DNA of 64,000 nucleotides. Source: Candidatus Omnitrophota bacterium. GTDB taxonomy: Bacteria > Omnitrophota > Gorgyraeia > Zapsychrales > JANLHA01. The translations under genes were made by a program, and so were the position numbers. Each line of letters opens with the position of its first letter. Position 1 is the stretch's first letter. The DNA lies in the NCBI GenBank assembly GCA_029560465.1, contig JAKQKX010000016.1, positions 1,248 to 65,247 of the forward strand. The letters run 5' to 3'. This document shows positions 29,400 to 42,475 of this stretch, piece by piece. Below the pieces are notes generated by a model. That model was not told the DNA's origin and searched no databases. It saw nothing but the letters and a program-made list of their open reading frames with translations.

Positions 29400-30030
29400 T
29401 GTCTGTCAGGCGGGTTGGTGCCTTGATATGATCAGCCTCTGGTGCATGCTGGTCATCTTTTTGACCCTCCTCCAGGGGAGGGCCTTGGCCGGTGGCGCGG
29501 CCGCCATGAAGAAACAACGTGGCCCGCAAATACAGCAGAGGATGATGCAGGAGGAGATGATCCAGCAGCGGGTCTTGCAGGAGACAGCGCGGCAGGAACA
29601 TTTGGCTCAGCAACACGCCTCGTTCCGGGAACAAGAAGCCAAGACCCGCGCGTTGTCTTCCGAGCAACTGGGCGTTCAATCGGAAGCGGACTTTTCCGAT
29701 GTGATCCAGGATCTCTTCAGGACAAGCCGCGCCTGGACACTGATGGTGGATGCGGACGCGAAAGAAGCGGTGGTCGCATATTTTTTAAAAGAGTTTCGCG
29801 GGAAAGGAATTGTGATTCAGAAACCGGCGTGGTATTATGCCGGTCTTATTGAATCGATGTCCCAGGAGTCTCCGGAAATGCTGGCCCAGCCCTTTGACCG
29901 GGTCTTGCAGGTGGTGGCAATTATCGAGTATGATTATGAAAACGGCCAGGATAAAGACATGCTGGCTTATCAGATTCTGGGCAGCAAGGAGGCCGTGGTC
30001 CAGAATCGGCAACGGTTGGGCCTTCCATGA
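29386..30030 (+). CDS. Secreted hypothetical protein, paralog B
   Basis: Signal peptide ending ALA-GG, Gln-rich linker, C-domain paralogous to 26958..27641. Confidence 0.75.
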   Translation: MMKNSVCQAGWCLDMISLWCMLVIFLTLLQGRALAGGAAAMKKQRGPQIQQRMMQEEMIQQRVLQETARQEHLAQQHASFREQEAKTRALSSEQLGVQSEADFSDVIQDLFRTSRAWTLMVDADAKEAVVAYFLKEFRGKGIVIQKPAWYYAGLIESMSQESPEMLAQPFDRVLQVVAIIEYDYENGQDKDMLAYQILGSKEAVVQNRQRLGLP

Positions 30031-30045
30031 TCAGAGGGGGACAGG

Positions 30046-30933
30046 ATGGCGGATGCGGATATTTTAAAAACACTTTTAAGCGTTGTTGAAAAAGGCGGGT
30101 TCCTGGCGGACAGCATGATTCATGACAGCAAGCCGTCGCTGAAGCCGGATCAATCGGTCCTGACCCGGGCGGACAAAGCGGTTTCCGAGCTGGTCCGGGA
30201 CAGCCTTAAAGGATTTTTGGCCACAGGCGAGCATGCCCTGGTTGACGAAGAAGACCCTGGGAGCGCGCAGCTTTTTGGGCCGGTCATGTCCGGCGCGTAT
30301 CAATATGTTTGGTCCCTGGATCCTATCGACGGGACAAGGGCGTATTCCAACCAGATGCCGGTTTACGGGGTGTCCCTGGGGGTCCTGCGCGACGGACAGC
30401 CGTGGATGGGGGCTGTTTTCTTTCCGTCTTTGCGGGAATTTTATTATTGCAACGGCCCGGAGGCCTTTTTTGTGCGGAACGCTTTCACGCCTTCGGCCTC
30501 TGAACAACGGATCGGCCCGCTGGACCAGGACATCACCCCGCAATCGGTCTTTTTGTCCTCCGATCATTTTTTGCGCCGGTACCGATGGGACACGGCGTTT
30601 TGCCAGATCATGATGCCCACGGTGGCCGTGGTGGAGCTGTGCTGGCCGGCCATTGGCCGGGGATGTGGCAGTTATTTCGAAGCCAACTTCTGGGATTTTG
30701 CCGGGGCTTGGCCGGTGTTCCGCGCGGCCGGATTGGACCTGCGTTGCTGCAAAACCGGACAGGTCCTGGACCGGTTACGGAGAGACGCTTTTATCGGGAA
30801 AGGTCCAAAAACCTGGCGCATGAGCGGTGATTATATTTTATCTTCCAGCCGTAATTATCCTCTTATTAAGAAGCACATCAAGCCTTTTCCTGCCTGGCTT
30901 AAGGTGGCGTGGAAAGCCGTTCCCATGATGTAA
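30046..30933 (+). CDS. Inositol monophosphatase family protein
   Basis: T-x-AD, DEE, WSLDPIDGT, WDFAGA motifs. Confidence 0.88.
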   Translation: MADADILKTLLSVVEKGGFLADSMIHDSKPSLKPDQSVLTRADKAVSELVRDSLKGFLATGEHALVDEEDPGSAQLFGPVMSGAYQYVWSLDPIDGTRAYSNQMPVYGVSLGVLRDGQPWMGAVFFPSLREFYYCNGPEAFFVRNAFTPSASEQRIGPLDQDITPQSVFLSSDHFLRRYRWDTAFCQIMMPTVAVVELCWPAIGRGCGSYFEANFWDFAGAWPVFRAAGLDLRCCKTGQVLDRLRRDAFIGKGPKTWRMSGDYILSSSRNYPLIKKHIKPFPAWLKVAWKAVPMM

Positions 30934-31053
30934 ACATCGGGGGCCGGATGGGGGCTGTTTTCTTTAAAGCTGGAATTAAAACAGATCATTTTCCGCGGGG
31001 ACACAGGGGTGGTTTATCGTCGACATTAAAGCCGTGCGGCAGCGGGATAACCC

Positions 31054-31081
31054 TTGACAAAAAGCCTTAAAATGATATATT
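31054..31081 (+). promoter_or_regulatory. Sigma70 promoter of carAB-purF
   Basis: TTGACA-N16-TATATT with extended -10 TG. Confidence 0.65.
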
Positions 31082-31136
31082 GATGCAGGCTCCCAAAGAA
31101 GGGTCTTGCCTGAATTCCTCAACATTTGACTCACAC

Positions 31137-32249
31137 ATGAAAGAAGCGATCTTATATCTGGAAGATGGTACGAGCTTTATAGGGCGTACGCTCGGCACCC
31201 CTGGAGAAACTGCAGGAGAAGTGGTTTTTAACACCGCTATGACCGGCTACCAGGAGATTCTGACCGACCCGTCTTATGCCGGGCAGATTGTCGTTATGAC
31301 ATATCCCCTGATCGGCAACTATGGGGTGAACGCGGAAGATGCGGAGTCCAACGGCGTCCATGTGAAAGGCTTTGTCGTTAAGGAGTTCTGCCGCCGTCAT
31401 TCCAATTTCCGGGCCGATCAAAGCTTGATCGATTATCTGGACCAGCATCATATTATCGCGATGGAAGGGATCGATACCCGGAAGTTGACCCGTCATCTGC
31501 GCCAGCGCGGGGCCATGAAAGGGTTGATTTCAACGGACGATTTTAATCCGGAAAGTTTGGCTGGGAAAATAGCCCGGGTCCCGGCTATGGCCGGAAGCGA
31601 CTGGGTCAAGGAAGTGACAGCCAAAGAAAAGTATGTCTGGCCTGCGGACGCGTCTTTCGGGGCTCCGGGATACAGAGTGGCGGCGCTTGACTGCGGGATT
31701 AAGTTTAATATTTTGCGGATATTGTCCAGGCTGGGATGCGAAGTGCATGTCTTCCCGGCGCGGTCGACCTATGAGCAGATTATGGCTGTCCAGCCAGCCG
31801 GCCTTTTCCTCTCGAACGGGCCTGGAGACCCGGCGGCTTTGGATTACGTGATCAAGACGGTGCGTCAATTCATCGGCACCCTGCCGATTTTTGGTATTTG
31901 CCTCGGCCACCAGATTCTTGGGTTGGCGCTTGGAGGCCAGACGTACAAGATGAAATTCGGGCATCACGGGGCCAACCATCCGGTTCAGGACATGCGGGAT
32001 AGCAGGATCGGGATTACCTCCCAGAATCATGGCTTTTGCGTGGATTTGGAGACGCTTCCTAAAGACGAGGTGGAGCTTATGGCTTTGAATCTGAACGACC
32101 GGACGGTTGAGGGGATCAGTCACCGGAAATTCCCGCTCTATTCGGTTCAACATCATCCGGAGGCCGCTCCCGGGCCCCATGACGCGCAATATCTGTTCCG
32201 GGAGTTTATCGCGATGATGAAACAACACAAGAATCACTCACAGCCGTAA
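31137..32249 (+). CDS. carA: Carbamoyl-phosphate synthase small subunit
   Basis: GEVVFNTAMTGYQEILTDPSY, LSNGPGDP, GICLGHQ, HPEAAPGPHD. Confidence 0.98.
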   Translation: MKEAILYLEDGTSFIGRTLGTPGETAGEVVFNTAMTGYQEILTDPSYAGQIVVMTYPLIGNYGVNAEDAESNGVHVKGFVVKEFCRRHSNFRADQSLIDYLDQHHIIAMEGIDTRKLTRHLRQRGAMKGLISTDDFNPESLAGKIARVPAMAGSDWVKEVTAKEKYVWPADASFGAPGYRVAALDCGIKFNILRILSRLGCEVHVFPARSTYEQIMAVQPAGLFLSNGPGDPAALDYVIKTVRQFIGTLPIFGICLGHQILGLALGGQTYKMKFGHHGANHPVQDMRDSRIGITSQNHGFCVDLETLPKDEVELMALNLNDRTVEGISHRKFPLYSVQHHPEAAPGPHDAQYLFREFIAMMKQHKNHSQP

Positions 32250-32317
32250 CCGGTCCGCGGCGTAATAACGTCCCCCGGATGGCGCTTTTGTCGAGAATTT
32301 GTAAATAGGTTAACCTC

Positions 32318-35605
<3,288 letters not shown>

Positions 35606-35608
35606 TTT

Positions 35609-36982
35609 ATGTGTGGAATTATCGGAATTTCAAATCATGATGAAGCCGCCCGGGTGGCTTTCTGGGGGTTGTACGCCCTGCAGCACCGCGGAGAAGAATC
35701 CGCCGGCATTGTGAGTTTTGACGGTAAGAAAGCCCATGCCATCAAGAACATGGGGCTGGTGTCCGACACCTTCAGCGAGAAATCATTAGACACGCTTAAA
35801 GGAAAGTGCGCTATCGGGCACACGCGTTATTCCACGATGGGGTCGAACAACATAAAGAATGTCCAGCCGTTTTGGGTGACCCACAAGAGCCGCCCCATCG
35901 CCGTGGCGCATAACGGGAATTTGACCAACACGGAGAAACTGTACAGGGAGCTTGAAGAAGAAGGGGCGATTTTTCAGACGACTATGGATTCGGAGATCGT
36001 GATTCATCTCCTCGCCCGGAGTAAGGGTGAGGACATGAAAGACCGGTTTTCCCGTGTGCTCTCTGCGCTGGAAGGCGCGTTTTCTCTGATTTTTTTAGTC
36101 GGGGATATGGTGGTCGGCGCCCGCGACCCGCAGGGGTTCCGGCCGCTCTGTCTTGGGAAAATTAACGGGAGTTATATCCTGGCGAGTGAAAGCTGCGCCT
36201 TGGATTTAAGCCGGGCGGAGTTCGTTCGGGAAATTGAGCCTGGCGAGATTGTTTTTATCCGCGGCGAAGACATTGAATCTTTCCGGTTCGCGCCTCGGGC
36301 CAGCAAGTCGGCCCAGTGCATTTTTGAAAATATTTATTTCTCCCGCCCGGACAGCCATATTTTTGATGACAATGTTTACCTGGTCCGCAAGCGCCTCGGC
36401 GCCCGGCTGGCCCAGGAGCATCCTGTGAAAGACGCGGATTTTGTGATGTCTTTCCCTGATTCTGGGAGTTACGCCGGGATCGGGTACGCACAGGAACTCA
36501 ACCTGCCTTTTGAGATCGGCATTATCCGGAATCATTATATTGGGCGGACTTTTATTCAGCCCACGCAGCTGGCGCGGGACGCCGGGGTCCGGGTGAAGCT
36601 GAACCCGATCCGGGAACTGCTGAAGGGGAAGAAAGTCGTTGTCGTGGATGATTCGATCGTGCGCGGCACGACCAGCCGGAACCGTATTGCGGAGTTGCGC
36701 CGGGTTGGCGTTAAGGAAATCCATTTGCGCATTTCCTGCCCGCCGATTCAATCCCCCTGTTTTTACGGCGTCGATTTCCCCAGCAAAAAGGAGCTGATCG
36801 CCGCCAGCAAGTCGGTCGAAGAGATCGCGCAATATATAGAAGTCGATTCCCTGGGATACCTGAGCCTCGAGGGGATGCTGTCTTGCATGAAGCACCCTAA
36901 AGATTTTTGCTCAGCGTGTTTTACCGGCGAGTATCCGGTCAACATCCCTGAGAATAAAAGCAAGTATCTGTTGGAAGTCTAG
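35609..36982 (+). CDS. purF: Amidophosphoribosyltransferase
   Basis: [38 protein letters not shown]. Confidence 0.98.
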   Translation: MCGIIGISNHDEAARVAFWGLYALQHRGEESAGIVSFDGKKAHAIKNMGLVSDTFSEKSLDTLKGKCAIGHTRYSTMGSNNIKNVQPFWVTHKSRPIAVAHNGNLTNTEKLYRELEEEGAIFQTTMDSEIVIHLLARSKGEDMKDRFSRVLSALEGAFSLIFLVGDMVVGARDPQGFRPLCLGKINGSYILASESCALDLSRAEFVREIEPGEIVFIRGEDIESFRFAPRASKSAQCIFENIYFSRPDSHIFDDNVYLVRKRLGARLAQEHPVKDADFVMSFPDSGSYAGIGYAQELNLPFEIGIIRNHYIGRTFIQPTQLARDAGVRVKLNPIRELLKGKKVVVVDDSIVRGTTSRNRIAELRRVGVKEIHLRISCPPIQSPCFYGVDFPSKKELIAASKSVEEIAQYIEVDSLGYLSLEGMLSCMKHPKDFCSACFTGEYPVNIPENKSKYLLEV

Positions 36983-37068
36983 GGCCGCGGCGCGCGGCTG
37001 GCGCCCCGGTAAAAGCACGAACAGGTTGGCTATTAATATTTTTTGACAATTGGAACCAGGGTGACGCT

Positions 37069-38676
37069 ATGAGTAAATTTATTTTTGTGACCGGAGGAGT
37101 TGTTTCCAGCTTGGGAAAAGGCATCGCCGCGGCGACTATTGGAAAACTTCTCGAAGCCCGCGGTTTGACCACGAGCCTTATTAAATGCGACCCGTACCTC
37201 AACGTGGATCCGGGGACCATGAGCCCCTTTCAGCACGGCGAGGTGTATGTGACAGATGACGGGGCCGAGGCTGACTTGGATTTGGGGCATTACGAGCGTT
37301 TCACCAATGCCAGCATTTCCCGGGACAGCAGCATCACGACCGGGAAAATTTATTATTCGGTGATCACCAAAGAACGCCGGGGGGATTATCTCGGGAAGAC
37401 GGTGCAGATTATCCCTCACATCACGGATGAGATCAAGCACTCCATCCGGCTCGTCCCTCACAATAAACCGGTGGATATTACGATTGTGGAGATCGGCGGC
37501 ACAGTGGGGGATATTGAGGGCCTTCCTTTCCTGGAGGCGATCCGTCAGATGCGCTGGGAACTGGGAGAAAGCTACGCGCTTAATATCCACGTGACCCTTT
37601 TGCCGTATATCAGGGCTGCGGGAGAACAGAAGACCAAGCCGACCCAGCACAGCGTGGGGCGGCTGCGGGAAATAGGCATCCAGCCGGATATCCTTTTATG
37701 CCGGACGGAAAAACACATTAATAAGGAGCAGAAAGATAAAATCGCTTTGTTCTGCAACATTGACAAGGAAAGCGTGATCGAAGCCGGTGATGTGAAGCAT
37801 ATTTACGAGGTGCCGCTGTCGTTTAAACGGCAAGGGCTGGACGACCTGATCCTTAAGAAATTAAACATCAAGGCGGCGGACAACGATTTGAAGGACTGGA
37901 ATATGAATGTTGTGCAGCGGCTAAGGAACCCGTCCCATGAGGTGAAGATTTCCGTGGTCGGGAAATATATTTCGCTGCCGGACGCCTATAAATCCATTTA
38001 TGAGGCCCTGGTGCATGGCGGCATCGCCAATGACACCAAGGTGGTTATCAATAAAGTGGATTCCGAAGACCTGGAAAAAGAGAAAGACCTCCGTAAATAC
38101 TTGGGTGACTCGCATGGGATTTTGATCCCCGGCGGGTTCGGCAACCGGGGGATTGAAGGTAAAATCCGCACGGTTCAGTTTGCCAGGGAAAATAATATCC
38201 CCTTTTTCGGGATTTGCCTGGGCATGCACGTTGCCACGATAGAGTTTGCCCGTAACGTCTGCGGTTTGCGTGACGCCAATTCCACAGAGTTTGACACGAA
38301 CACAAAACACCCCGTGATCAGTTTGCTGGAAGAGCAAAAGAGCATCGCCGAGATGGGGGCCAGTATGAGGCTGGGTGCGTACACCTGCAAGCTGCTGAAA
38401 AGCTCTGTGTCTTACGGCGCGTATAAAAAAGAAAGTATCAGTGAGCGCCACCGGCACCGCTATGAATTCAACAATAAATATAAGAAAATGATGGAGCAGA
38501 AAGGGATGGTGTTCGCAGGACGTAATCTTCAAAAAGATTTGGTGGAGGTGCTGGAGATCAGGAAGCACCCCTGGTTTGTCGCTTGCCAGTTTCATCCGGA
38601 GTTTAAGTCAAAGCCGGACCGGTGCCATCCTCTTTTCAGGGAGTTTATTAAATCGGCCTTGATGAAAAAAGCGTGA
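37069..38676 (+). CDS. pyrG: CTP synthase
   Basis: [58 protein letters not shown]. Confidence 0.99.
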   Translation: MSKFIFVTGGVVSSLGKGIAAATIGKLLEARGLTTSLIKCDPYLNVDPGTMSPFQHGEVYVTDDGAEADLDLGHYERFTNASISRDSSITTGKIYYSVITKERRGDYLGKTVQIIPHITDEIKHSIRLVPHNKPVDITIVEIGGTVGDIEGLPFLEAIRQMRWELGESYALNIHVTLLPYIRAAGEQKTKPTQHSVGRLREIGIQPDILLCRTEKHINKEQKDKIALFCNIDKESVIEAGDVKHIYEVPLSFKRQGLDDLILKKLNIKAADNDLKDWNMNVVQRLRNPSHEVKISVVGKYISLPDAYKSIYEALVHGGIANDTKVVINKVDSEDLEKEKDLRKYLGDSHGILIPGGFGNRGIEGKIRTVQFARENNIPFFGICLGMHVATIEFARNVCGLRDANSTEFDTNTKHPVISLLEEQKSIAEMGASMRLGAYTCKLLKSSVSYGAYKKESISERHRHRYEFNNKYKKMMEQKGMVFAGRNLQKDLVEVLEIRKHPWFVACQFHPEFKSKPDRCHPLFREFIKSALMKKA

Positions 38677-38758
38677 GGGGGCGGGGTATATCCGGCCTGG
38701 CTGTTTAATAAAAAATTTTTCATATTTTTAAAAATTACGGTACAATACTAATCATTTT

Positions 38759-38840
<82 letters not shown>

Positions 38841-38923
38841 CTATTTTAATCTCCGGCGCGCCGGGCTTCTGGACAGCCAGGAAGCGGTGCGACGGGCCGA
38901 CCTTTATTAGAGGCTCCTTGAAA

Positions 38924-39637
38924 TTGAACAAACCCATTTTAGTCAGCGCGAGTATTTTGTGCGCGGATTTTTCCTGCCTTAAAGAGGAGATACGCCGTTG
39001 TGAAAACGCCGGCGTGGACATGCTGCACGTGGATGTGATGGACGGGCATTTCGTGCCCAATATCACAACCGGGCCGTTGCTGGTCTCCGCTATCCGCCCT
39101 CTGACCCGGCTGCCTTTGGAATCTCACTTGATGATTGAGCATCCCGGCGATTATATCGATGAATTCTGCCGCGCGGGGACGGATATCGTGTCTATTCACG
39201 CGGAATGCTATGGCCCGTTAAAAGAGGGCTGCCGGGATTACGGGCAGTACCCCAAAGAAGTGAGTTCCGTTGACCCGGCACTGGCTCTGGCCGATATCCG
39301 CAAGATCAAGGCGCACGGGAAAAAGGTTCATATGGTGATCAGCCCGGGCACCCCCTTGTGCATTGACGCCCTGCTGGATGATCTTGACGGCGTTTTGATT
39401 ATGTCGGTTAATCCCGGGTTTCCCAAACAGAAGTTTATGCCGGAGGTTTTGCCGAAAGTGACACGGTTGAGAAGCTGTTTTAAAGGGGATATCGCCATAG
39501 ATGGCGGGATCAACGATAAAACCGCTCCGGCCGCCGTTAAAGCCGGGGTTAATATCCTGGCGACGGCGAGTTATTTCTTCGGGGCTCCTGACCAGCGGGA
39601 AGCGGTCAGGCTGCTTAAAAGCCTTTCCACCGGTTAA
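38924..39637 (+). CDS. rpe: Ribulose-phosphate 3-epimerase
   Basis: SIL-x-ADF, HVDVMDGHFVPNIT, HLMI, MSVNPGF, IDGGI. TTG start is approximate. Confidence 0.95.
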   Translation: MNKPILVSASILCADFSCLKEEIRRCENAGVDMLHVDVMDGHFVPNITTGPLLVSAIRPLTRLPLESHLMIEHPGDYIDEFCRAGTDIVSIHAECYGPLKEGCRDYGQYPKEVSSVDPALALADIRKIKAHGKKVHMVISPGTPLCIDALLDDLDGVLIMSVNPGFPKQKFMPEVLPKVTRLRSCFKGDIAIDGGINDKTAPAAVKAGVNILATASYFFGAPDQREAVRLLKSLSTG

Positions 39638-39718
39638 AATATCTTTATTCCTCTGAATTGAAAAAAACAGGGGGTTGTGCTATAGTTCTTGTAGGCAAAA
39701 GAAAGGATTTTTTCCACG

Positions 39719-39949
39719 ATGTTTTTTACTCTTCAAAAAGACAGATCCGTTTTTCCACGGAGAAAGAAAGCCCAGACCGCCATTGAATACCTGCTTGTGC
39801 TGGGGGTGGTGACGGCTGTTACTTTGGTGGGGTTCCGTCTTTATGTGCCTTTGGCCCGGGATGACGCGAACAGGTATTACCTGTCTCTTTTAAGAGGCGT
39901 TTACGGTAATTCGCCGCCCTGGGACCCGTCATTTAATGCCTATCCGTGA
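39719..39949 (+). CDS. Small pilin-like protein with class III signal peptide
   Basis: RRKKA-QTAIEYLLVLGVV: basic leader, Q+1, E+5, hydrophobic helix; upstream promoter TTGAAA-N17-TATAGT. Confidence 0.75.
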   Translation: MFFTLQKDRSVFPRRKKAQTAIEYLLVLGVVTAVTLVGFRLYVPLARDDANRYYLSLLRGVYGNSPPWDPSFNAYP

Positions 39950-39965
39950 GTTGTTTATAAGCGTT

Positions 39966-40916
39966 TCAGTCTTTTTCTTCCTGCCGGTTGTTTTTCCTTT
40001 TATCCCGAACATAGTTGCTTTGCTGAAAGCTTTTGGCGTATTTTTTTAGCTCCGCCCCGATTTCGCTGATCTGGGCTACGTGGGTGATGGCCGCGGCTTT
40101 ATTGCTGACAATCCCGATGGAAATGGAGAGAAGCCCGGTTTTGATTTCGTTCCCGAGCCGGTCTTTCCCTATGATGTATCCGGCGCTTTTATCGTTTTCG
40201 TTGTAGAAACTGGGCGCGATCGCGTCAAATTGTTCGATAACCGCCTGGCAGACGTCGTCCATTATGTTATCGTCGGCGATAAAGACAAAATCATCCCCGC
40301 CGATATGCCCGATAAAGCTTTCCGGGCCGACTTTTTTCCGCACGATGGTGACCAGCAGCCGGGCGATTTCTTTAATCACTTCGTCGCCTTTTTTAAACCC
40401 GTATTTGTCGTTATATATTTTAAACTTGTCGATGTCCGCGTAGGCCACGGCAAATTCTTTGCCGCTGGAGATGTTGGCCTGAAATTCTTCCATGATAGAT
40501 GTGTTCCCCGGCAAATGCGTGAGGGGGTTGGCGTCCAGGCTGCGGACCGTGCGGCGCAGGATCATCCGTATCCTGGCCAAAAGCGATTCCGGATCGAACG
40601 GTTTGACGATATAATCATCTGCGCCGGCGTCAATGCCCCCGATCATGTCTTTCACTTCGCCTTTTCCTGTCAGCATGATCACAGGGATGTGTTGCAGGAG
40701 GATGTCTTTCTTGATGGTGCGGACAAATTCCCTGCCGTTCATGATCGGCATCATATAATCGCAGATGATCAGGTTTGGGATTTGGGTTTGTATCATATCC
40801 AGGGCCTCTTTGCCGTTCTGGGCCTGGATCACGTCATACGATTCGGACAACGTGAGGTCCAGGACGTCCAGGATGTCCGGATCGTCATCAATCGTGAGTA
40901 TTTTTTCCTTGTGCAT
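39966..40916 (-). CDS. Response regulator with GGDEF-type diguanylate cyclase domain
   Basis: Receiver domain (IDDD, CDYMMP, KPF) plus DANPLTHLPGN, DIDKFK-x-YND-x-YG, HIGGDDF. Confidence 0.92.
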   Translation of the reverse strand: MHKEKILTIDDDPDILDVLDLTLSESYDVIQAQNGKEALDMIQTQIPNLIICDYMMPIMNGREFVRTIKKDILLQHIPVIMLTGKGEVKDMIGGIDAGADDYIVKPFDPESLLARIRMILRRTVRSLDANPLTHLPGNTSIMEEFQANISSGKEFAVAYADIDKFKIYNDKYGFKKGDEVIKEIARLLVTIVRKKVGPESFIGHIGGDDFVFIADDNIMDDVCQAVIEQFDAIAPSFYNENDKSAGYIIGKDRLGNEIKTGLLSISIGIVSNKAAAITHVAQISEIGAELKKYAKSFQQSNYVRDKRKNNRQEEKD

Positions 40917-40948
40917 GGCGTCTCCTTTGCTTCAGCGGTGCCGCGTCG

Positions 40949-42436
40949 TTAAGCCTCCGGTGTTGAGGTTTTCGGCCCTGTCGGTAAAGTGAAATAAAAG
41001 CAGGTCCCCACGCTCACTGTGCTGGTCACCCATATTTGGCCTCCGTGCGCTTCCACGATTTTCTTTACAAGGGCCAGCCCCAGCCCGGTGCCTTTTACGT
41101 TCTGGTTGATTTCGTTTTCGACGCGGTAGAATTCGGTAAATAGTTTTTTAATGTCCTCTTCTTTGATCCCGATGCCGGTGTCGGCTATGCCGACCGTGAC
41201 TTTTCGGCTGTCATGGGTGACTTTGGCTGTGATCGTGCCGCTGATCGGGGTGAATTTGATGGCGTTATTGATGAGGTTGATAAAAACCCTTTCGATCTGC
41301 CCGGCGTCCATGAAGACGTTCGGCAGGGCGTCATCAAAAGCCGTGGTAAACTGGATGTTTTTATCCCGCAACTGCGGGGTCAGCAGGTCCTGCACGTTGG
41401 CGATGATCGAAGGTATGTCGTGTTCAAGGAATTTCATTTCGACGCGGCCGGATTCGATCCGCGATATGTCAAGCAGGTTGTTGATTAAGCCGACGAGGTT
41501 GTCGGTGTGCTTGTTGATTTTTTCAAGCCGTTCCCGCACTTTGTCCGGGACCGCGCCGACTTTGCCGGTTATGAGGATGGAGGCGTATCCTTTAATAGAC
41601 GTCAGCGGGGTCCGCAGCTCGTGCGAAACCGCGGAGATGAAATCGGACTTGGTTTTGCTGATCCGTTTGACTTCTTCCAGCGCGGAGGTCAATTCTTTGG
41701 TGCGGTCCTGCACCTTGCGTTCAAGCTCCTGGCTGGAGCGGAAGACCTGCTCGAACAGACGCGCGTTGGCCAGGGAATGCCCGATCTGGTCGGCGAGAAT
41801 GGCAATGACTTCTTCATCCCCTTCCGTCATGGTGTAGCTTTCCGATTGGTTGCCGGCCAGGATGATGCCCAGGACGTTTTTCTGGGACAGGATCGGAGTG
41901 GCGATAAATTGCCGCACGGATAAAATGCCGGTGAAAATATCTTTGATATCTTTGGGCGCGCTGAGGGAAGAGATGATTTTGCCTTGTTTAACCGGTTGCA
42001 GGATTTGCGGCTTGCTGTTGAAGGTCTTCCCCAGGGGGGCCACCTCGTTGCGCGGGAACCCGAAGTCGACCCGCACCGTGAATGGGCCGTTATTTTGGAA
42101 CGTCAGGATCAGGAATTTTTCAAATCCTAGCTCAATGAGAAACGGCTGGTTCAGGCGGTGAAAGATTTCATCTTCGATCAGGGTTGTGCTGATCAGCCGG
42201 GAGATTTTATGAAGGGCGTCGAGTCCGTTGAGACGTTTATCCAGGGCTTCTTGGGTTTTATTCAGCTCAAGGTCGGTCTGCAGGATAAGCTTGGCCTGAG
42301 CGTCCAGTTCCTGGAAGGATTTGGAAACTTGCACAAGGGAGGCCTTCAGGTTTTTAACGTTCCGGAAGTAGCGCCCGAAAAAAAGCGCCAGCATCCCGAA
42401 AATAACGAAAAGCAGCAAACCGTAGAAATTGTGCAT
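40949..42436 (-). CDS. Sensor histidine kinase (TM, GAF, HisKA, HATPase)
   Basis: SHELRTPLTSI, NLINNAIKF, DTGIGI, GTGLGL. Confidence 0.95.
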   Translation of the reverse strand: MHNFYGLLLFVIFGMLALFFGRYFRNVKNLKASLVQVSKSFQELDAQAKLILQTDLELNKTQEALDKRLNGLDALHKISRLISTTLIEDEIFHRLNQPFLIELGFEKFLILTFQNNGPFTVRVDFGFPRNEVAPLGKTFNSKPQILQPVKQGKIISSLSAPKDIKDIFTGILSVRQFIATPILSQKNVLGIILAGNQSESYTMTEGDEEVIAILADQIGHSLANARLFEQVFRSSQELERKVQDRTKELTSALEEVKRISKTKSDFISAVSHELRTPLTSIKGYASILITGKVGAVPDKVRERLEKINKHTDNLVGLINNLLDISRIESGRVEMKFLEHDIPSIIANVQDLLTPQLRDKNIQFTTAFDDALPNVFMDAGQIERVFINLINNAIKFTPISGTITAKVTHDSRKVTVGIADTGIGIKEEDIKKLFTEFYRVENEINQNVKGTGLGLALVKKIVEAHGGQIWVTSTVSVGTCFYFTLPTGPKTSTPEA

Positions 42437-42475
42437 AGTTCGTGTTCTCCTGCGCGGTCCGGCCGCGGGCGTCTT

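Noticed and set aside
31086-31112. Hairpin CCC-AAAGAA-GGG (A1/G4 hexaloop) in the carA leader as an ANTAR target
   Set aside because: Only one such hairpin and no overlapping terminator; ANTAR sites need two.
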